Source: Polyangiaceae bacterium
GTDB taxonomy: Bacteria; Myxococcota_A; Polyangia; Polyangiales; Polyangiaceae
Assembly: GCA_965222375.1 (NCBI GenBank)
Contig: CBDCTZ010000015.1
Span: 1 to 64,000 of the forward strand
Direction: 5' to 3'
Length of the DNA stretch: 64,000 bases
The stretch's first letter is position 1; every line of letters begins with the position of its first letter. Shown here piece by piece: positions 39,114 to 49,665 of the stretch. A program made the translations under genes and the position numbers. The notes beneath the pieces were generated by a model that saw nothing but the letters and a program-made list of their open reading frames with translations, was not told where the DNA came from and searched no databases.

Positions 39114-41162
39114 ATGCGCTCGGCAGTCGGTCTTTTCGTCATCATTTCGCTGAGTGGTGCGGTTGGGTGCGGAGCGGACGCGCGGCAGCCACAGGAACCC
39201 AGCGCGCTGACGCCGGGGGCCAGGGCAAGCGCGAAGCCGGCAGCAACAATCACTCAACCGCCGGTCACCCCTGCTGCGCCACCGGCCCTGGCTGCCAACT
39301 TCGATCTCAGAGACGGACGGGGCTGCGCCATGCTCGTGGGAGGCGGGGTGAGTTGTTGGGGCGGCCGAGAAGGCGGGCGCCCTAACGCCATCAAAGGCAG
39401 CCAGGACGTGTCAGGAGTCGCGGTCGGTATGGACACGTTGCTCGTTCATCGGGATGGCAAAGTGTCTGCGCTGCGCCAGGGCGGACAGGTCCGCAAACTC
39501 GCCAAGGCCTCCGACGTGGCGCAGGCCGCGACCCAGTTCATGTTGTCTTGCCTCCGATTCACACGGGGCACGGTGAGCTGCTACCGAAGCGGCGTTTTCA
39601 AGGATTCGACACCGACGGCGGAAGAGCGGGCACCCGAGCCCCTTCCGGGCGTGAAGGACGCCGTGGATATCGGCGTGGGCATTCACTTCGTATGCGCAGT
39701 TCGCGCCAAGGGTGGCGTCGTATGCGCGCACGCAGGTCCGGAGTCCAAGGGCAAACCCCGAGCAGCTCCCGTTCCGGGCGTCTCCAACGCCAAACGAGTT
39801 CAGGTCGCTACCTCGGTGGCATGCGCTCAACTCGCGGATGACCGCGTGCGCTGCTTTTCGCTGGGGCGAAAAAGCCGCTGGTCCAAGGAGTTCGAGGCTG
39901 CAGACACCTTCGCGGTTCATCAAGGCGATCCCTACGACTCACCACTGCTGTGTCTTTCTCGCGGCTCGAGTGTGGGCTGCCAGCGTTTGGAATCCATCGG
40001 TGGCGGTCACGCACTCCCAACTCTGCCTCCAGGCAACACTCAACTGCCAGGCATCAAGACCCTCACGCAGCTCCGCGCCGTCAACCATGCCGTATGCGGG
40101 CTTGACACCGAAGGTGCCCTTCATTGCTTCGGCCACAACATCAACGCGGTCCTGGGCCACCCGGACACGAGGTACTTGGACCGCGCCATGCCCGTTTCAG
40201 GCGTCCCGAAGGCGCGCGACGTGGGAGTTGGCCAGCGCTTCGCCTGCGCTTTAACCCAGTCCGGCGAAGTGTGGTGTTGGGGGCTCGCCGCAACCGCCAA
40301 GAAGTCCACCGCGCAAGAACCAGTCCGATCGAAGCCGAAGCGGGTGGCGGGGCTCTCGGGCATGAAGCGGATGATTGTGCACAACGCCTACGGTTGTGCC
40401 TTCGATCCCGCGGATAATGCACATTGCTTCTTCGGCACCGAAAGCAGTTCGCGCTCACGCGCGCCTTACCGGGTCGCTGCGTTGGACGGAGTGCAGAGCG
40501 CACTGCTGCCAGAGATGGGCGTACTCGGGCAGGCAGTCGCCATCGACAGGAAAGGGCAGCTTCTGCTGGGCGCGAACCCAGGCTTCGACGACTTGAAACA
40601 ACTCACGTTGGCCCCGGTGCCAGGCTTGGCAAGAGCGCGCCGGGTCACCGGATCCTACTCCCGCCTTCTGGTGCAACTCGCGGACGGCAAGGTGCATCAG
40701 CTGCAGGCCCGACAAGGCAAGTTGACCTCGCCAATCAAGCACTTTGCCCCCTTCGACAGCGCTGTGGACATGCTAGGCTACCGCTTCGCATTGTTCCAAG
40801 ACGGTGAGGTGCGGACCGTCGGCAGCAATGAAAAGGGGGCCCGAAAGATCGTGCAAGGCAGCCCCCTGACCCGATTCGTGCCGGGTCCCGGGATTTGCGG
40901 AGTCACCGCGAAGGGCTCAGTGCGCTGCGTGGCGACGAGCACCTTCGCAAGCCCAGAAAAGACGCTGTTCAGGTCGGTGGTCAGGGTAGCGGGCACCGAA
41001 GATACACAGTGTGCTATTGACGCGTCGGGGCGAGTCCTGTGCCGTGGCGCGTGTAGCACGGGGGAATGCGGAGTCACCCAAGGTGTGCACTACTCCAAGA
41101 GCCCGCTTCGGGTCCCACTGCCCGCAGCCACAGGTAAGGGAAGCATGGGCGCGTCGAATTGA
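39114..41162 (+). CDS. RCC1-repeat lipoprotein
   Basis: 'AVGC' lipobox; repeated 'CA....G.V.CWG' units. Confidence 0.85.
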   Translation: MRSAVGLFVIISLSGAVGCGADARQPQEPSALTPGARASAKPAATITQPPVTPAAPPALAANFDLRDGRGCAMLVGGGVSCWGGREGGRPNAIKGSQDVSGVAVGMDTLLVHRDGKVSALRQGGQVRKLAKASDVAQAATQFMLSCLRFTRGTVSCYRSGVFKDSTPTAEERAPEPLPGVKDAVDIGVGIHFVCAVRAKGGVVCAHAGPESKGKPRAAPVPGVSNAKRVQVATSVACAQLADDRVRCFSLGRKSRWSKEFEAADTFAVHQGDPYDSPLLCLSRGSSVGCQRLESIGGGHALPTLPPGNTQLPGIKTLTQLRAVNHAVCGLDTEGALHCFGHNINAVLGHPDTRYLDRAMPVSGVPKARDVGVGQRFACALTQSGEVWCWGLAATAKKSTAQEPVRSKPKRVAGLSGMKRMIVHNAYGCAFDPADNAHCFFGTESSSRSRAPYRVAALDGVQSALLPEMGVLGQAVAIDRKGQLLLGANPGFDDLKQLTLAPVPGLARARRVTGSYSRLLVQLADGKVHQLQARQGKLTSPIKHFAPFDSAVDMLGYRFALFQDGEVRTVGSNEKGARKIVQGSPLTRFVPGPGICGVTAKGSVRCVATSTFASPEKTLFRSVVRVAGTEDTQCAIDASGRVLCRGACSTGECGVTQGVHYSKSPLRVPLPAATGKGSMGASN

Positions 41163-41303
41163 AACACGGCGTCGCCAACGAGCCGCAAGCTGTCACGCAC
41201 ACCCAAAGCAATCGTGTACGAACCGCAGAATCGCCCGCCGCGGAGTAGACAATTGTAATCAAGTGTCACGCGGCCTTTCGTGACCCGATGCGCGACGCAT
41301 ACT

Positions 41304-42395
41304 ATGGGTATGCGCTGCCTATCTCGAACGCTTGCAGTGTGTCTGGCCTTGCTCGCCGCATTCGCCTTGGCGGAGCCTGATCTCGTTCGGCTAGGCCGTG
41401 CAGGAACACTGCTCGCTCATCTGTCAGCTCCAGCGCGCGAAACCTCCGAGGTGCAAAGCCGCGAGGCGCGGGTCGCCGGTGCGCGAGCACGCTGGTATTG
41501 GACCGCCAGTGGACACCCCCTTGGCACTGTCGTTCTTGCGCACGGCGTTCATCACAAAGGCATCGACGAACCTCGACTCATCCGCTTCGCGAAGGAGCTA
41601 GCAAGTGCCAGACAGCTGGTGCTCACGCCGGAGCTAGCAGACATCGCGTCCTATCGGATCACACAGCAGGGTGTGGACGTACTCAAGGCATCAGTCAGAC
41701 TCGCCAGCACAGACCCGCGCTCTGCGGGGCAAACCGGACTGATTGGAATGAGCTTCGCAGGTGGCTTGTCTTTGATCGCCGCTAGCGACCCAACCGTCGG
41801 CAAGCGCCTGTCCTACGTGACTAGCGTCGGCGGTCATCACGACCTGAGTCGAGTTCTCCGCTTCTTCCTGTCTGATACTGTCGAAACGCCCGACGGGAAG
41901 CTACCCTTCGACGCTCACGAGTACGGCCTGGTCGTTTTGGTGAATCAGCACCTGGCCAGCCTGATCGAGAGGCGTGACCTGGACTGCATGCATCGCGCAC
42001 TGCAGAGTTGGTTGAAAGAAGACCGGAGTCGCTCGGCCACTCAGGCCTCCCAATGCACCAGCGCCAGCGCCAGGAACATGTTCGAGCTCCTGCAAGGCGG
42101 GAACTTGAAGCAGCTGGCGCCCACGCTGCGCACCCTATTGGTTCAGCACGAGCCTGAGTTGGCTCAGCTTTCGCCCGCGGGGCGATTGAGCCAAATACGC
42201 CCTCCTGTGTACCTGCTGCACGGCGCCCACGACAACGTGATCCCCCCTGCCGAGACCGAGTGGGCCGAGCGCGAACTGGACGGAAGTCGGCACAGCGCAC
42301 TCGTGACTCCCCTGCTGGGCCACGTGGAGGTAGACGGAACCGCCGCATGGACCGACCAGATCGCCCTGGTGAGCTTCATGGCCCGCATGCTGTAG
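41304..42395 (+). CDS. Alpha/beta hydrolase, secreted or membrane-anchored
   Basis: 'LAHG', nucleophile elbow 'GMSFAG', 'LLHGAHDNVIP', C-terminal His. Confidence 0.8.
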   Translation: MGMRCLSRTLAVCLALLAAFALAEPDLVRLGRAGTLLAHLSAPARETSEVQSREARVAGARARWYWTASGHPLGTVVLAHGVHHKGIDEPRLIRFAKELASARQLVLTPELADIASYRITQQGVDVLKASVRLASTDPRSAGQTGLIGMSFAGGLSLIAASDPTVGKRLSYVTSVGGHHDLSRVLRFFLSDTVETPDGKLPFDAHEYGLVVLVNQHLASLIERRDLDCMHRALQSWLKEDRSRSATQASQCTSASARNMFELLQGGNLKQLAPTLRTLLVQHEPELAQLSPAGRLSQIRPPVYLLHGAHDNVIPPAETEWAERELDGSRHSALVTPLLGHVEVDGTAAWTDQIALVSFMARML

Positions 42396-42451
42396 AGGTT
42401 TGGCCCACACGTTGAGCCCGAAGACCCGCACTTGACGCTAGCGCCCACCCA

Positions 42452-44101
42452 CTACGCAGGTGGGCGCAGCGCGGCGTCCACAATAGATTGCGCCTCGCGC
42501 TGGATCAGCTGCAGATGCTCGGCACCTTTGAAGCTCTCGGCGTAGATCTTGTAGATCGCCTCGGTGCCCGATGGCCGAGCGGCGAACCAACCGTTCTCAG
42601 TCACGACCTTGAGTCCGCCGATCGCAGCGTCGTTGCCCGGCGCGCGGGTGAGCTTTGCCGTGATGGCTTCCCCGGCCAGCTCCGTCACGGTGACCGCCTC
42701 GGGAGAGAGTTGCTTGAGCTGTGCCTTCTGCTCCGCCGTGGCCGGGGCGTCGATGCGCTCGTAGACTGGGCTGCCGAAGGTAGCTTCGAGGTTGGCGTAA
42801 TGCTCGGAGGGGTCCTTGCCGGTGCGTGCCAGGATCTCCGCCGCCAGAAGATCCAGGATGATTCCGTCCTTGTCCGTGGTCCAGACACCCCCATCCCGGC
42901 GCAAGAACGAAGCACCCGCTGACTCTTCGCCACCAAACCCGTAGCTCCCATCGAGCAGGCCATCGACAAACCACTTGAAGCCGACTGGGACTTCGGCGAG
43001 TTCGCGGCCGATGTCGGCGGCGACCCGGTCGATCATGCTGCTTGACACCAGGGTCTTGCCTACCCGTGCAGTGCGGGGCCAGTCGGCGCGATTCGTGAAC
43101 AGATAGGAGATCGCCACTGCCAGGTAGTGGTTCGGATTCATCAAGCCACCAGCGCGGGTGACGATGCCATGGCGGTCGTAGTCGGGGTCGTTGCCAAAGG
43201 CGACGTCAAAGCGCTCCTTCAGATCAATCAGACCCGCCATAGCGTAAGGCGACGATCAGTCCATGCGGATCTTGCCGTCTTTGTCGACGCGCATGAACGA
43301 GAACGTCGGGTCGACCGCCGGGTTTACCACTTCAATGTCGAGGCCGTAGGTCTCGGCGATGGGCGTCCAAAACCCCACGCCCGCACCGCCCATGGGGTCG
43401 ACGCCGAGAGACAGCTTTGCGTTGGCGATCGCGGCCATGTCCACCACGTTTTCCAAGTCGCGTACGTATGGGGTGACGTAGTCGTGCGCCTTCACGTTGT
43501 CTGCCGCGAGCGCGCGAGCCTGGGGTATGCGGACAACACCGGCCAGTTTGGCTGCGATCAGCTCATTGGCTCGATCCTGGATCGCGCGCGTGGTCTCGGC
43601 GCCTGCCGGACCGCCCGACGGCGGGTTGTACTTGAAGCCGCCATCAGCCGGCGGGTTGTGCGACGGCGTGATCACGACGCCGTCGGCGAGGCCGGCGTCG
43701 CGACCGCGGTTGTGGGAGAGGATAGCGTGGGATATCACCGGAGTGGGCGTGTAGCCGAAGCCGTCTTGGAAGCGCACCGCGACGTCGTTTGCGGCGAACA
43801 CCTCCAGCGCCGAGATGAACGCAGGCTCGGATAGCGCGTGGGTATCCATGCCGACGAAGAGCGGGCCGGAGATACCGCGTTCGTTCCGGTGCTCGCAAAT
43901 CGCCTGGCAGATGGCCAGGATGTGGGCCTCGTTGAAGCTGCCGACTGCCGAACTGCCACGATGACCCGAAGTGCCAAACGCGACACGCTCCGCGGGGTTG
44001 TCGACGTCAGGGGTGCGCGCGTAGTACGCCGCGACCAGGCGGGGAATGTTGACGAGGAGCTCACGCGGAGCGGGTTTGCCAGCTAGCGGATGCAGTGCCA
44101 T
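42452..44101 (-). pseudogene. pgm: Phosphoglucomutase (alpha-D-glucose-specific) interrupted by one in-frame TGA at 43256-43258
   Basis: 'FGTSGHRG', 'TPSHNP', 'NDPDYDR', 'GEESAG', 'RPSGTE'. The two ORFs share a frame and read KIRMD*SSPYAM where KIRMDCSSPYAM is typical. 549 codons in total. Confidence 0.9.
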
Positions 44102-44257
44102 GGGCTGCGAATCCTACACCCGTGCGCCCGCGCCGACCCGGGAGCGTGCCACCGAGCCGCGACGTTACCGGAACAGCCACCGGGAACCATCAGTTCCCGA
44201 GTGGAAGTGTCGGTTCCAGGATCCCTCAGCTGCACGGGAAAATCCCGACAAGCCCGC

Positions 44258-44273
44258 TGGCATCCGAATTGCA
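44258..44273 (+). promoter_or_regulatory. Sigma-54 -24/-12 promoter
   Basis: TGGCATCCGAATTGCA. Confidence 0.65.
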
Positions 44274-44285
44274 GCTACACTACCC

Positions 44286-46100
44286 ATGAGTTCGTCAAGC
44301 CGTTCCGTCATGCCGCATTACCCTCAGAGAGACCGAGTGCCCCTGCTTGCTGCGCTGGTCTCGGCACTAACGTGCGTGGCGGCCTGCGGAGACTCGGGCG
44401 ACGAGACCAAAGCGACGGGCGGCGCAAGTGCGTCGGGGGGCAACGGCGCTTCTTCGGGCAGCGGCGGTGGAGGAACTGGCGCGACCGGGGGCAATGCGGG
44501 CTCTCCGAGCGGCGGCAGCGGCGGCGTGGGAGGCGCAGCGGGAGCTGCGGGCGCTGGCAGCGCGATCTCCACGGGCGCCTGTCCAGCCGAGGGTTGTGGT
44601 TGCACGCACTACGTCGCGACCGATGGAAGCAAGTCGAATGACGGCCTGTCTCCGACAAACCCATGGAGCATCAAACACGCTTTCTCGTCGGCCGAGGCGG
44701 GAGACGTCGTGTGCATTGCCGCAGGTGATTACGGGAAGGTCTCGTTGGTCGTAGCGAATAGCGGAACCGAAGCGAAACCGATCCGCTTTTTCGGCTACCG
44801 CTCCGAACCAGGCGACGTGATCGATCTCGAGGGTCGTTCCACGTTCAGACGCGGCGACAAGCTTGATCCGAGCGCTATGCCCCTGCTCGACGGCGGCGAC
44901 GGCACCGGCAATGGGATTCAAATCCTCGATCGAGACTTCGTAGAGATCACAAACATCCAGCTCACGCGCTATGGCCAGGGTGTCGGCGCCCGGGGCGACA
45001 ATCTACGGCTCGAAAACGTCATCGCGGTGTCACTCGGCAACCAGACGGTCTACGAGCAGTACGACGGATTTGGCATCCGACTTCAGGGGGATGACGGGGT
45101 CATCACACGGTGCTTTGTGCAAGATGCCAATGCAGAAGCGATCAAGGTGTACGGCGCGAGGAACGCCGCCATCACCTTTTCGGACGTCTACGCGCAGAAC
45201 CCGGCCAATCCTACGGACTACTACTTCCTTCTGACAGGAGACACCCAGAACTCGGTCATTGAGGACAGCGTCGGCTATCGCGAACTCGGCCTGAAGCACG
45301 GCGGGCACGGCTTCGACATGAAGGACCAGGCCACCAACAACACGGTGCGGCGCTGCCGCGCAGTGCATACCAATTTTGAGCTCAATTTCAGCGGCGTACA
45401 CCACAACACCTTCGAGGACAGCGAAGTCGTCGGCGCCGACACTTCCCCCGGCGAGTGGCATGCCGTCATCGCCTTGGGCAACGGTGCGCACCACAACACC
45501 TTTCGCAACATCTGGGTGCACAAGGTTTGGACCGCCATCTCCCTATTCGACATGGACGACGGCTACGTTGGGCCGGGCGGGGATCGCGACGAGGTGGCGA
45601 CTAGTTCTGACAACACGTTCGTGAACATGCTGGTCACCGACGCCAATCGCGTGCTCAACATCGGCGGAGGCACTACCTACACCGCAAGCGGTGAGCGCAA
45701 CTACTTCTACAACAGCACCTTCCATAACATCGACAAGCTCGCTGTCACTTACTTCAAAAACGATGATACTCGCTTCGTCAACTGCGCGATCGACCAGGTC
45801 AACCACGCGAAGCTGTGGGGCGAGGCTGGGGGCGCGTATGCGCCCTACAGCAAGTTCAACGTCTCCTTCGACCACTGCAACTTCTCGAATGTCTCCTTCG
45901 CGCCGCCCTCCGGCACTGCTATTACGACCTATACCCCCGGGTTCGTGGACGCAGGCGGCGACAATTTCGCACTGAAGGCCAGCAGCGAGCTGATCGACCA
46001 AGGCAAAACCACGCCCTACGCCCACGACTTCGTCGGTACCACGCGTCCTCAGGGCTCTGGCTTCGACCTGGGGGCTTTCGAGCGCCCAAGCGCGAACTGA
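44286..46100 (+). CDS. Right-handed parallel beta-helix lipoprotein (polysaccharide lyase-like, PL9/DUF1565-type N-terminus)
   Basis: 'VAAC' lipobox, Gly linker, 'HYVATDGSKSNDGLS..NPW', Asn-ladder repeats, C-terminal 'RPQGSGFDLGAFE'. Start 44286 or 44310. Confidence 0.8.
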   Translation: MSSSSRSVMPHYPQRDRVPLLAALVSALTCVAACGDSGDETKATGGASASGGNGASSGSGGGGTGATGGNAGSPSGGSGGVGGAAGAAGAGSAISTGACPAEGCGCTHYVATDGSKSNDGLSPTNPWSIKHAFSSAEAGDVVCIAAGDYGKVSLVVANSGTEAKPIRFFGYRSEPGDVIDLEGRSTFRRGDKLDPSAMPLLDGGDGTGNGIQILDRDFVEITNIQLTRYGQGVGARGDNLRLENVIAVSLGNQTVYEQYDGFGIRLQGDDGVITRCFVQDANAEAIKVYGARNAAITFSDVYAQNPANPTDYYFLLTGDTQNSVIEDSVGYRELGLKHGGHGFDMKDQATNNTVRRCRAVHTNFELNFSGVHHNTFEDSEVVGADTSPGEWHAVIALGNGAHHNTFRNIWVHKVWTAISLFDMDDGYVGPGGDRDEVATSSDNTFVNMLVTDANRVLNIGGGTTYTASGERNYFYNSTFHNIDKLAVTYFKNDDTRFVNCAIDQVNHAKLWGEAGGAYAPYSKFNVSFDHCNFSNVSFAPPSGTAITTYTPGFVDAGGDNFALKASSELIDQGKTTPYAHDFVGTTRPQGSGFDLGAFERPSAN

Positions 46101-46205
46101 CTTGGCCCTCTTCGATTCCGAGTCGAACCTCCGTGCCTGGCTCGGTCTACGCGGCCCAACGACTGGCGCCTCCGCAGTGAGTCGCTGCTGGATATTGCGC
46201 ATGCT

Positions 46206-47453
46206 ATGAACTGCTTCACCGTGCCTCGGTTTTGGCTGCTCGCGTTGCCTGGGCTCTTGGGCCTCGCGGCCTGCGGGCGCCTGTTGGATTTTTCCGAAGT
46301 CACCGGCGGCACAGCCGATGCAGGCGCCAATACGGACGCCGACACCGAAGCCGGGACCGGTGGCGACGCTGCCGCCAACTGCACTGGAGGGCAGACAGAC
46401 TGCGGCGGGCAATGCGTCGACTTGGCCAGCGACAAGAACCACTGCGGTGCATGCAACACTGACTGCGGTGGCGGGGAGTGCAGTGGATCGAAGTGTCAGC
46501 CCTTCGGTCTCTCCACGATCGAGTGCCACAGCGTCGTTCCCGATGACGCCGGGAACTTCGTCTACGTCACTCGCTACCGCGGCCCGGGCTCGGCCGACGG
46601 CGGCGTGTACAAGGTAGACCTGGCCACCGGCGATTCGACGGGATTGGCGCTCGGCTATGCGGGCGCAGCGTGGCTCGTGCTGGCCGGAGGCGCCGTATTC
46701 TGGACGACCGAGCTCACCGGCAGCAATGACCCACCACAAGCGGTCTGGCGGCTGGACCTCGAGTCGAGCGGCGCCACGCCGACACGAGTTTACCCGAACG
46801 CGGGAGATACGACTTCGCGGCGACCCTTCGGCCTCAGTGTTGACGACAGCTTCGTCTACTTCGCCGACAAGGACGGAGCTATCGGCCGCGCTCCGGTCGC
46901 GGGTGGCGACAGCGAGCTCTTGTACACGAACCTACCAGGCACGCCGTTGAATCTCGATGTGCTCGGTCAGTGGATCTATTACACGGAGCTGAATCCGACT
47001 CCCACTCCCGACGCCGTACGGCGCGTTCCTCTCGTGCCCACCTCGCCACCGGATCCGCCCGAGGATGTGCTGCCGGATCTCGAGGGCGCTTGGGGCGTCA
47101 TTGCACGAGACCTGCCCGCACCGGAAGGCGGCACGCGGCCGAATGTGTTCACCAGCGTTGCCGGTGGAGCGGTCATTGCGACTGGCAAAGCGACGACTGG
47201 TTTCACGACGACGACAGTCAGCAATCAAACCGGTGGGTCCGCACCGGCCGGAGCGGACATCACCTTGATTGGTGACCAGCTGTACTGGGCTACCAGATAC
47301 GGCATCGGCGGTTCGATTCAGAACTACCAGCTCGAGGTCATCGGTAACGCGACCGAGTTCGCTAGTAGCAAAGAACCCATCGGCATCGCCGCAGTTGGCC
47401 ATTTCTTGTACTGGTGTTCTCTGAAAGATGGGTTGACCCGCGCGCGGCTCTAA
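46206..47453 (+). CDS. Lipoprotein with Cys-rich module and YWTD-like beta-propeller
   Basis: 'LAAC'; 'CGGQCVDLASDKNHCGACNTDC'; repeated VFWT/VYFA/IYYT/LYWA motifs. Confidence 0.8.
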   Translation: MNCFTVPRFWLLALPGLLGLAACGRLLDFSEVTGGTADAGANTDADTEAGTGGDAAANCTGGQTDCGGQCVDLASDKNHCGACNTDCGGGECSGSKCQPFGLSTIECHSVVPDDAGNFVYVTRYRGPGSADGGVYKVDLATGDSTGLALGYAGAAWLVLAGGAVFWTTELTGSNDPPQAVWRLDLESSGATPTRVYPNAGDTTSRRPFGLSVDDSFVYFADKDGAIGRAPVAGGDSELLYTNLPGTPLNLDVLGQWIYYTELNPTPTPDAVRRVPLVPTSPPDPPEDVLPDLEGAWGVIARDLPAPEGGTRPNVFTSVAGGAVIATGKATTGFTTTTVSNQTGGSAPAGADITLIGDQLYWATRYGIGGSIQNYQLEVIGNATEFASSKEPIGIAAVGHFLYWCSLKDGLTRARL

Positions 47454-47495
47454 TTGCTGGTCCCACACAGCCCGGAAAACGCATCGACCGATCGC

Positions 47496-48824
47496 TCAAA
47501 TGCCGTGACGCGCCCGCAGCATGTTGAAATAGCGGCGCCCAACCCCCGCAGCCTGCGCTGCAGAAGACACGTCGCCGGAATGCGCCGCAAGTAATCGCTC
47601 CAAGTAGGCGCGCTCGAACTCGGCGACTGCTTCTCCACGCGCCAAAGCCAGCGCCTTGCCAGTCTCGAAGGGCACCTCCAAACGCTCGCTGGTTTGGGCG
47701 CGGTTGCCTGCTTGCGGACTAGGCGCTAACTCGCCGAGCGCCAGGCGCCGAGCCACGGCGTTTTCCAGCTCCCGCACGTTACCTGGCCAGTGATAGTCCT
47801 CCCAGGATTCGAACAGGTCATAGGGGATGGGCTGGTCCTGCCCGCCTAGACGATCCCAGAAGTAGCGCGCGAGCAGCGCCACGTCGCCGGGTCGCTCCCG
47901 AAGCGGCGGCAACTCGACCCGCGCAATGTTCAGGCGATAGAACAGGTCTTCACGAAATCGTCCCGCCTGCACTTCCAGGTCCAGGTCCCTCCGCGTTGCA
48001 GCCAGAATTCGCACGTCAACGCGGATCCACTCTTGCCCGCCAACCCGTTGCACCTCCGAGCGCTCCACGGCTCGGAGCAGCTTCGGCTGCAGCGCCGGCT
48101 CCAGGTCACCGATCTCGTCGATCAGCAGCGTACCGCCATCGGCTTGTTCGAACACACCCCGCCGGGACGTGCTCGCTCCGGTGAACGCACCCCGCTCGTG
48201 ACCGAACAACGCAGCTTCCACCAGGCTCGGCGCTACCGCGGTGCAATCGAAAACCGCAAGCGGCTGCTTGGCGCGTGGTCCGCTTTCGTGAAGAGCCTCG
48301 GCGACTACTTCCTTGCCCGTTCCCGTTTCGCCCTCGATGATGACCGGCACTTCCGACAGCGCCAGCCGCTCGAGCAGCGGATGCAGGCGGCGCATGCGCG
48401 GACTGCCACCAATCATTGGACCAAATCGGTCGCTCCCCGTGAGCCCCGGCGTCGGCTGGTCACCCACCTGGTTGACCCGGATTTGCGAGGAACCGACGCC
48501 GATGGTCTCACCTCCTCGCAGGAACCCGTCGTTCACCCGCACACCGTTGACGAACGTGCCGTTGGTCGAGCGCTGATCGACCAAGTGCAGCTCTGGGCCT
48601 TCCACGGACAGCGCAACATGGCGTCGCGACACCAGCGGATCCGTCAAGGTCAAAGCGCACGTCGCGCTCTGCCCGACCAAGAACTGTTGCGGTGCGGCAG
48701 GGTCGAGTTCCAACTGGGCACCCTTGTCCGGGCCTTCCGCCACATCCAAGACGAAGCGCGAGCTGCGCGGCAAGAATGCACCGAGGGATCGGCGTACTGT
48801 TGTCTCGTCTTTGCCCGACACCAC
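47496..48824 (-). CDS. FHA-domain sigma-54-dependent transcriptional activator
   Basis: FHA 'VSRRH','STNGT'; 'GETGTGKE', GAFTGA, 'FREDLFYRL', 'WPGNVREL'; HTH. Confidence 0.95.
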   Translation of the reverse strand: MVSGKDETTVRRSLGAFLPRSSRFVLDVAEGPDKGAQLELDPAAPQQFLVGQSATCALTLTDPLVSRRHVALSVEGPELHLVDQRSTNGTFVNGVRVNDGFLRGGETIGVGSSQIRVNQVGDQPTPGLTGSDRFGPMIGGSPRMRRLHPLLERLALSEVPVIIEGETGTGKEVVAEALHESGPRAKQPLAVFDCTAVAPSLVEAALFGHERGAFTGASTSRRGVFEQADGGTLLIDEIGDLEPALQPKLLRAVERSEVQRVGGQEWIRVDVRILAATRRDLDLEVQAGRFREDLFYRLNIARVELPPLRERPGDVALLARYFWDRLGGQDQPIPYDLFESWEDYHWPGNVRELENAVARRLALGELAPSPQAGNRAQTSERLEVPFETGKALALARGEAVAEFERAYLERLLAAHSGDVSSAAQAAGVGRRYFNMLRARHGI

Positions 48825-48825
48825 T

Positions 48826-49665
48826 CTAGAACCGCCCTGATGCGCTCACTCGAAACCCACGGTTCCCCGGCGTACTCGGGCCGTGAGATAACACCAAATA
48901 GGATCCACTGGCAGCGCTGACCACTCCCACCGCCAAGGCGATATCCGAAAACAGCGCTTTCCTTTCGGCGGCATCCACGTCGCTCTGGTCGCACACGGGG
49001 GAGCATTCCTCTTTGAAGCCATCAAGGTCGCTCTTGGCGCTGAACCACAGCACGGCCGATGTACCCAATGCCACCGCGCTGACGCCCAGCAGCGCGTAGC
49101 CCAGGTACGGCGGGCTCTCGGCTTGGAGCGGGGCCCGTTTCGGCGGCTTCGACGCCGGCCCCGGCACTTTCACCGTGACCTTGCGACGAGTCTCACCCGG
49201 AACGGCCACGAAATCCTGATCGAGGCTAGCGCCCTCACCGTACTCGACTCGTAGCTCGTGCTTGCCGGGGTCGACCTCGAGGGCCGCACCGACCCAACCT
49301 CGCCCGAGGTCTTTGCCATCGAGCATGACCTTCGCGTCACTGCGATCCTGCCCTTGCTGATCCCGCACGACCAACACGACGCTGGGGATCTCACCCCGCA
49401 GCTCCATCATCCATTGGGTGCACTGGTTCGCGATCTCTCGCGGACACTGCGCCGCCGCGCACTGGCTCAGGGCCTTGCGAGCGTCGAGCAGCTTCCCGGC
49501 CAGCCGCTTTTCCTGCCCGCGTTCATGCGCCGCAATGCAAGCATCCAGTGACCCTTGCTTGGATGAACTCGTCGCACTCCCCTGCCCCGCTGCCGGGGTG
49601 GCGCCAAGACACAGTGCGGTGACAAGAAAGGTTGCGAGAGACCGGACTAGCGGCTGCCTAGACAT
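48826..49665 (-). CDS. Hypothetical exported protein with PEGA-like domain and C-terminal hydrophobic segments
   Basis: Signal peptide; 'CIAAHERGQ', 'LEVDPGKHELRV'. Lies between the kinase and the activator. Confidence 0.7.
   Translation of the reverse strand: MSRQPLVRSLATFLVTALCLGATPAAGQGSATSSSKQGSLDACIAAHERGQEKRLAGKLLDARKALSQCAAAQCPREIANQCTQWMMELRGEIPSVVLVVRDQQGQDRSDAKVMLDGKDLGRGWVGAALEVDPGKHELRVEYGEGASLDQDFVAVPGETRRKVTVKVPGPASKPPKRAPLQAESPPYLGYALLGVSAVALGTSAVLWFSAKSDLDGFKEECSPVCDQSDVDAAERKALFSDIALAVGVVSAASGSYLVLSHGPSTPGNRGFRVSASGRF

Noticed and set aside
42452..44101. Genome-wide UGA reassignment explaining the pgm stop
   Set aside because: TGA terminates many clearly complete genes here (e.g. 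2278, 16260 and the ATGA overlaps in the pse and ABC operons).
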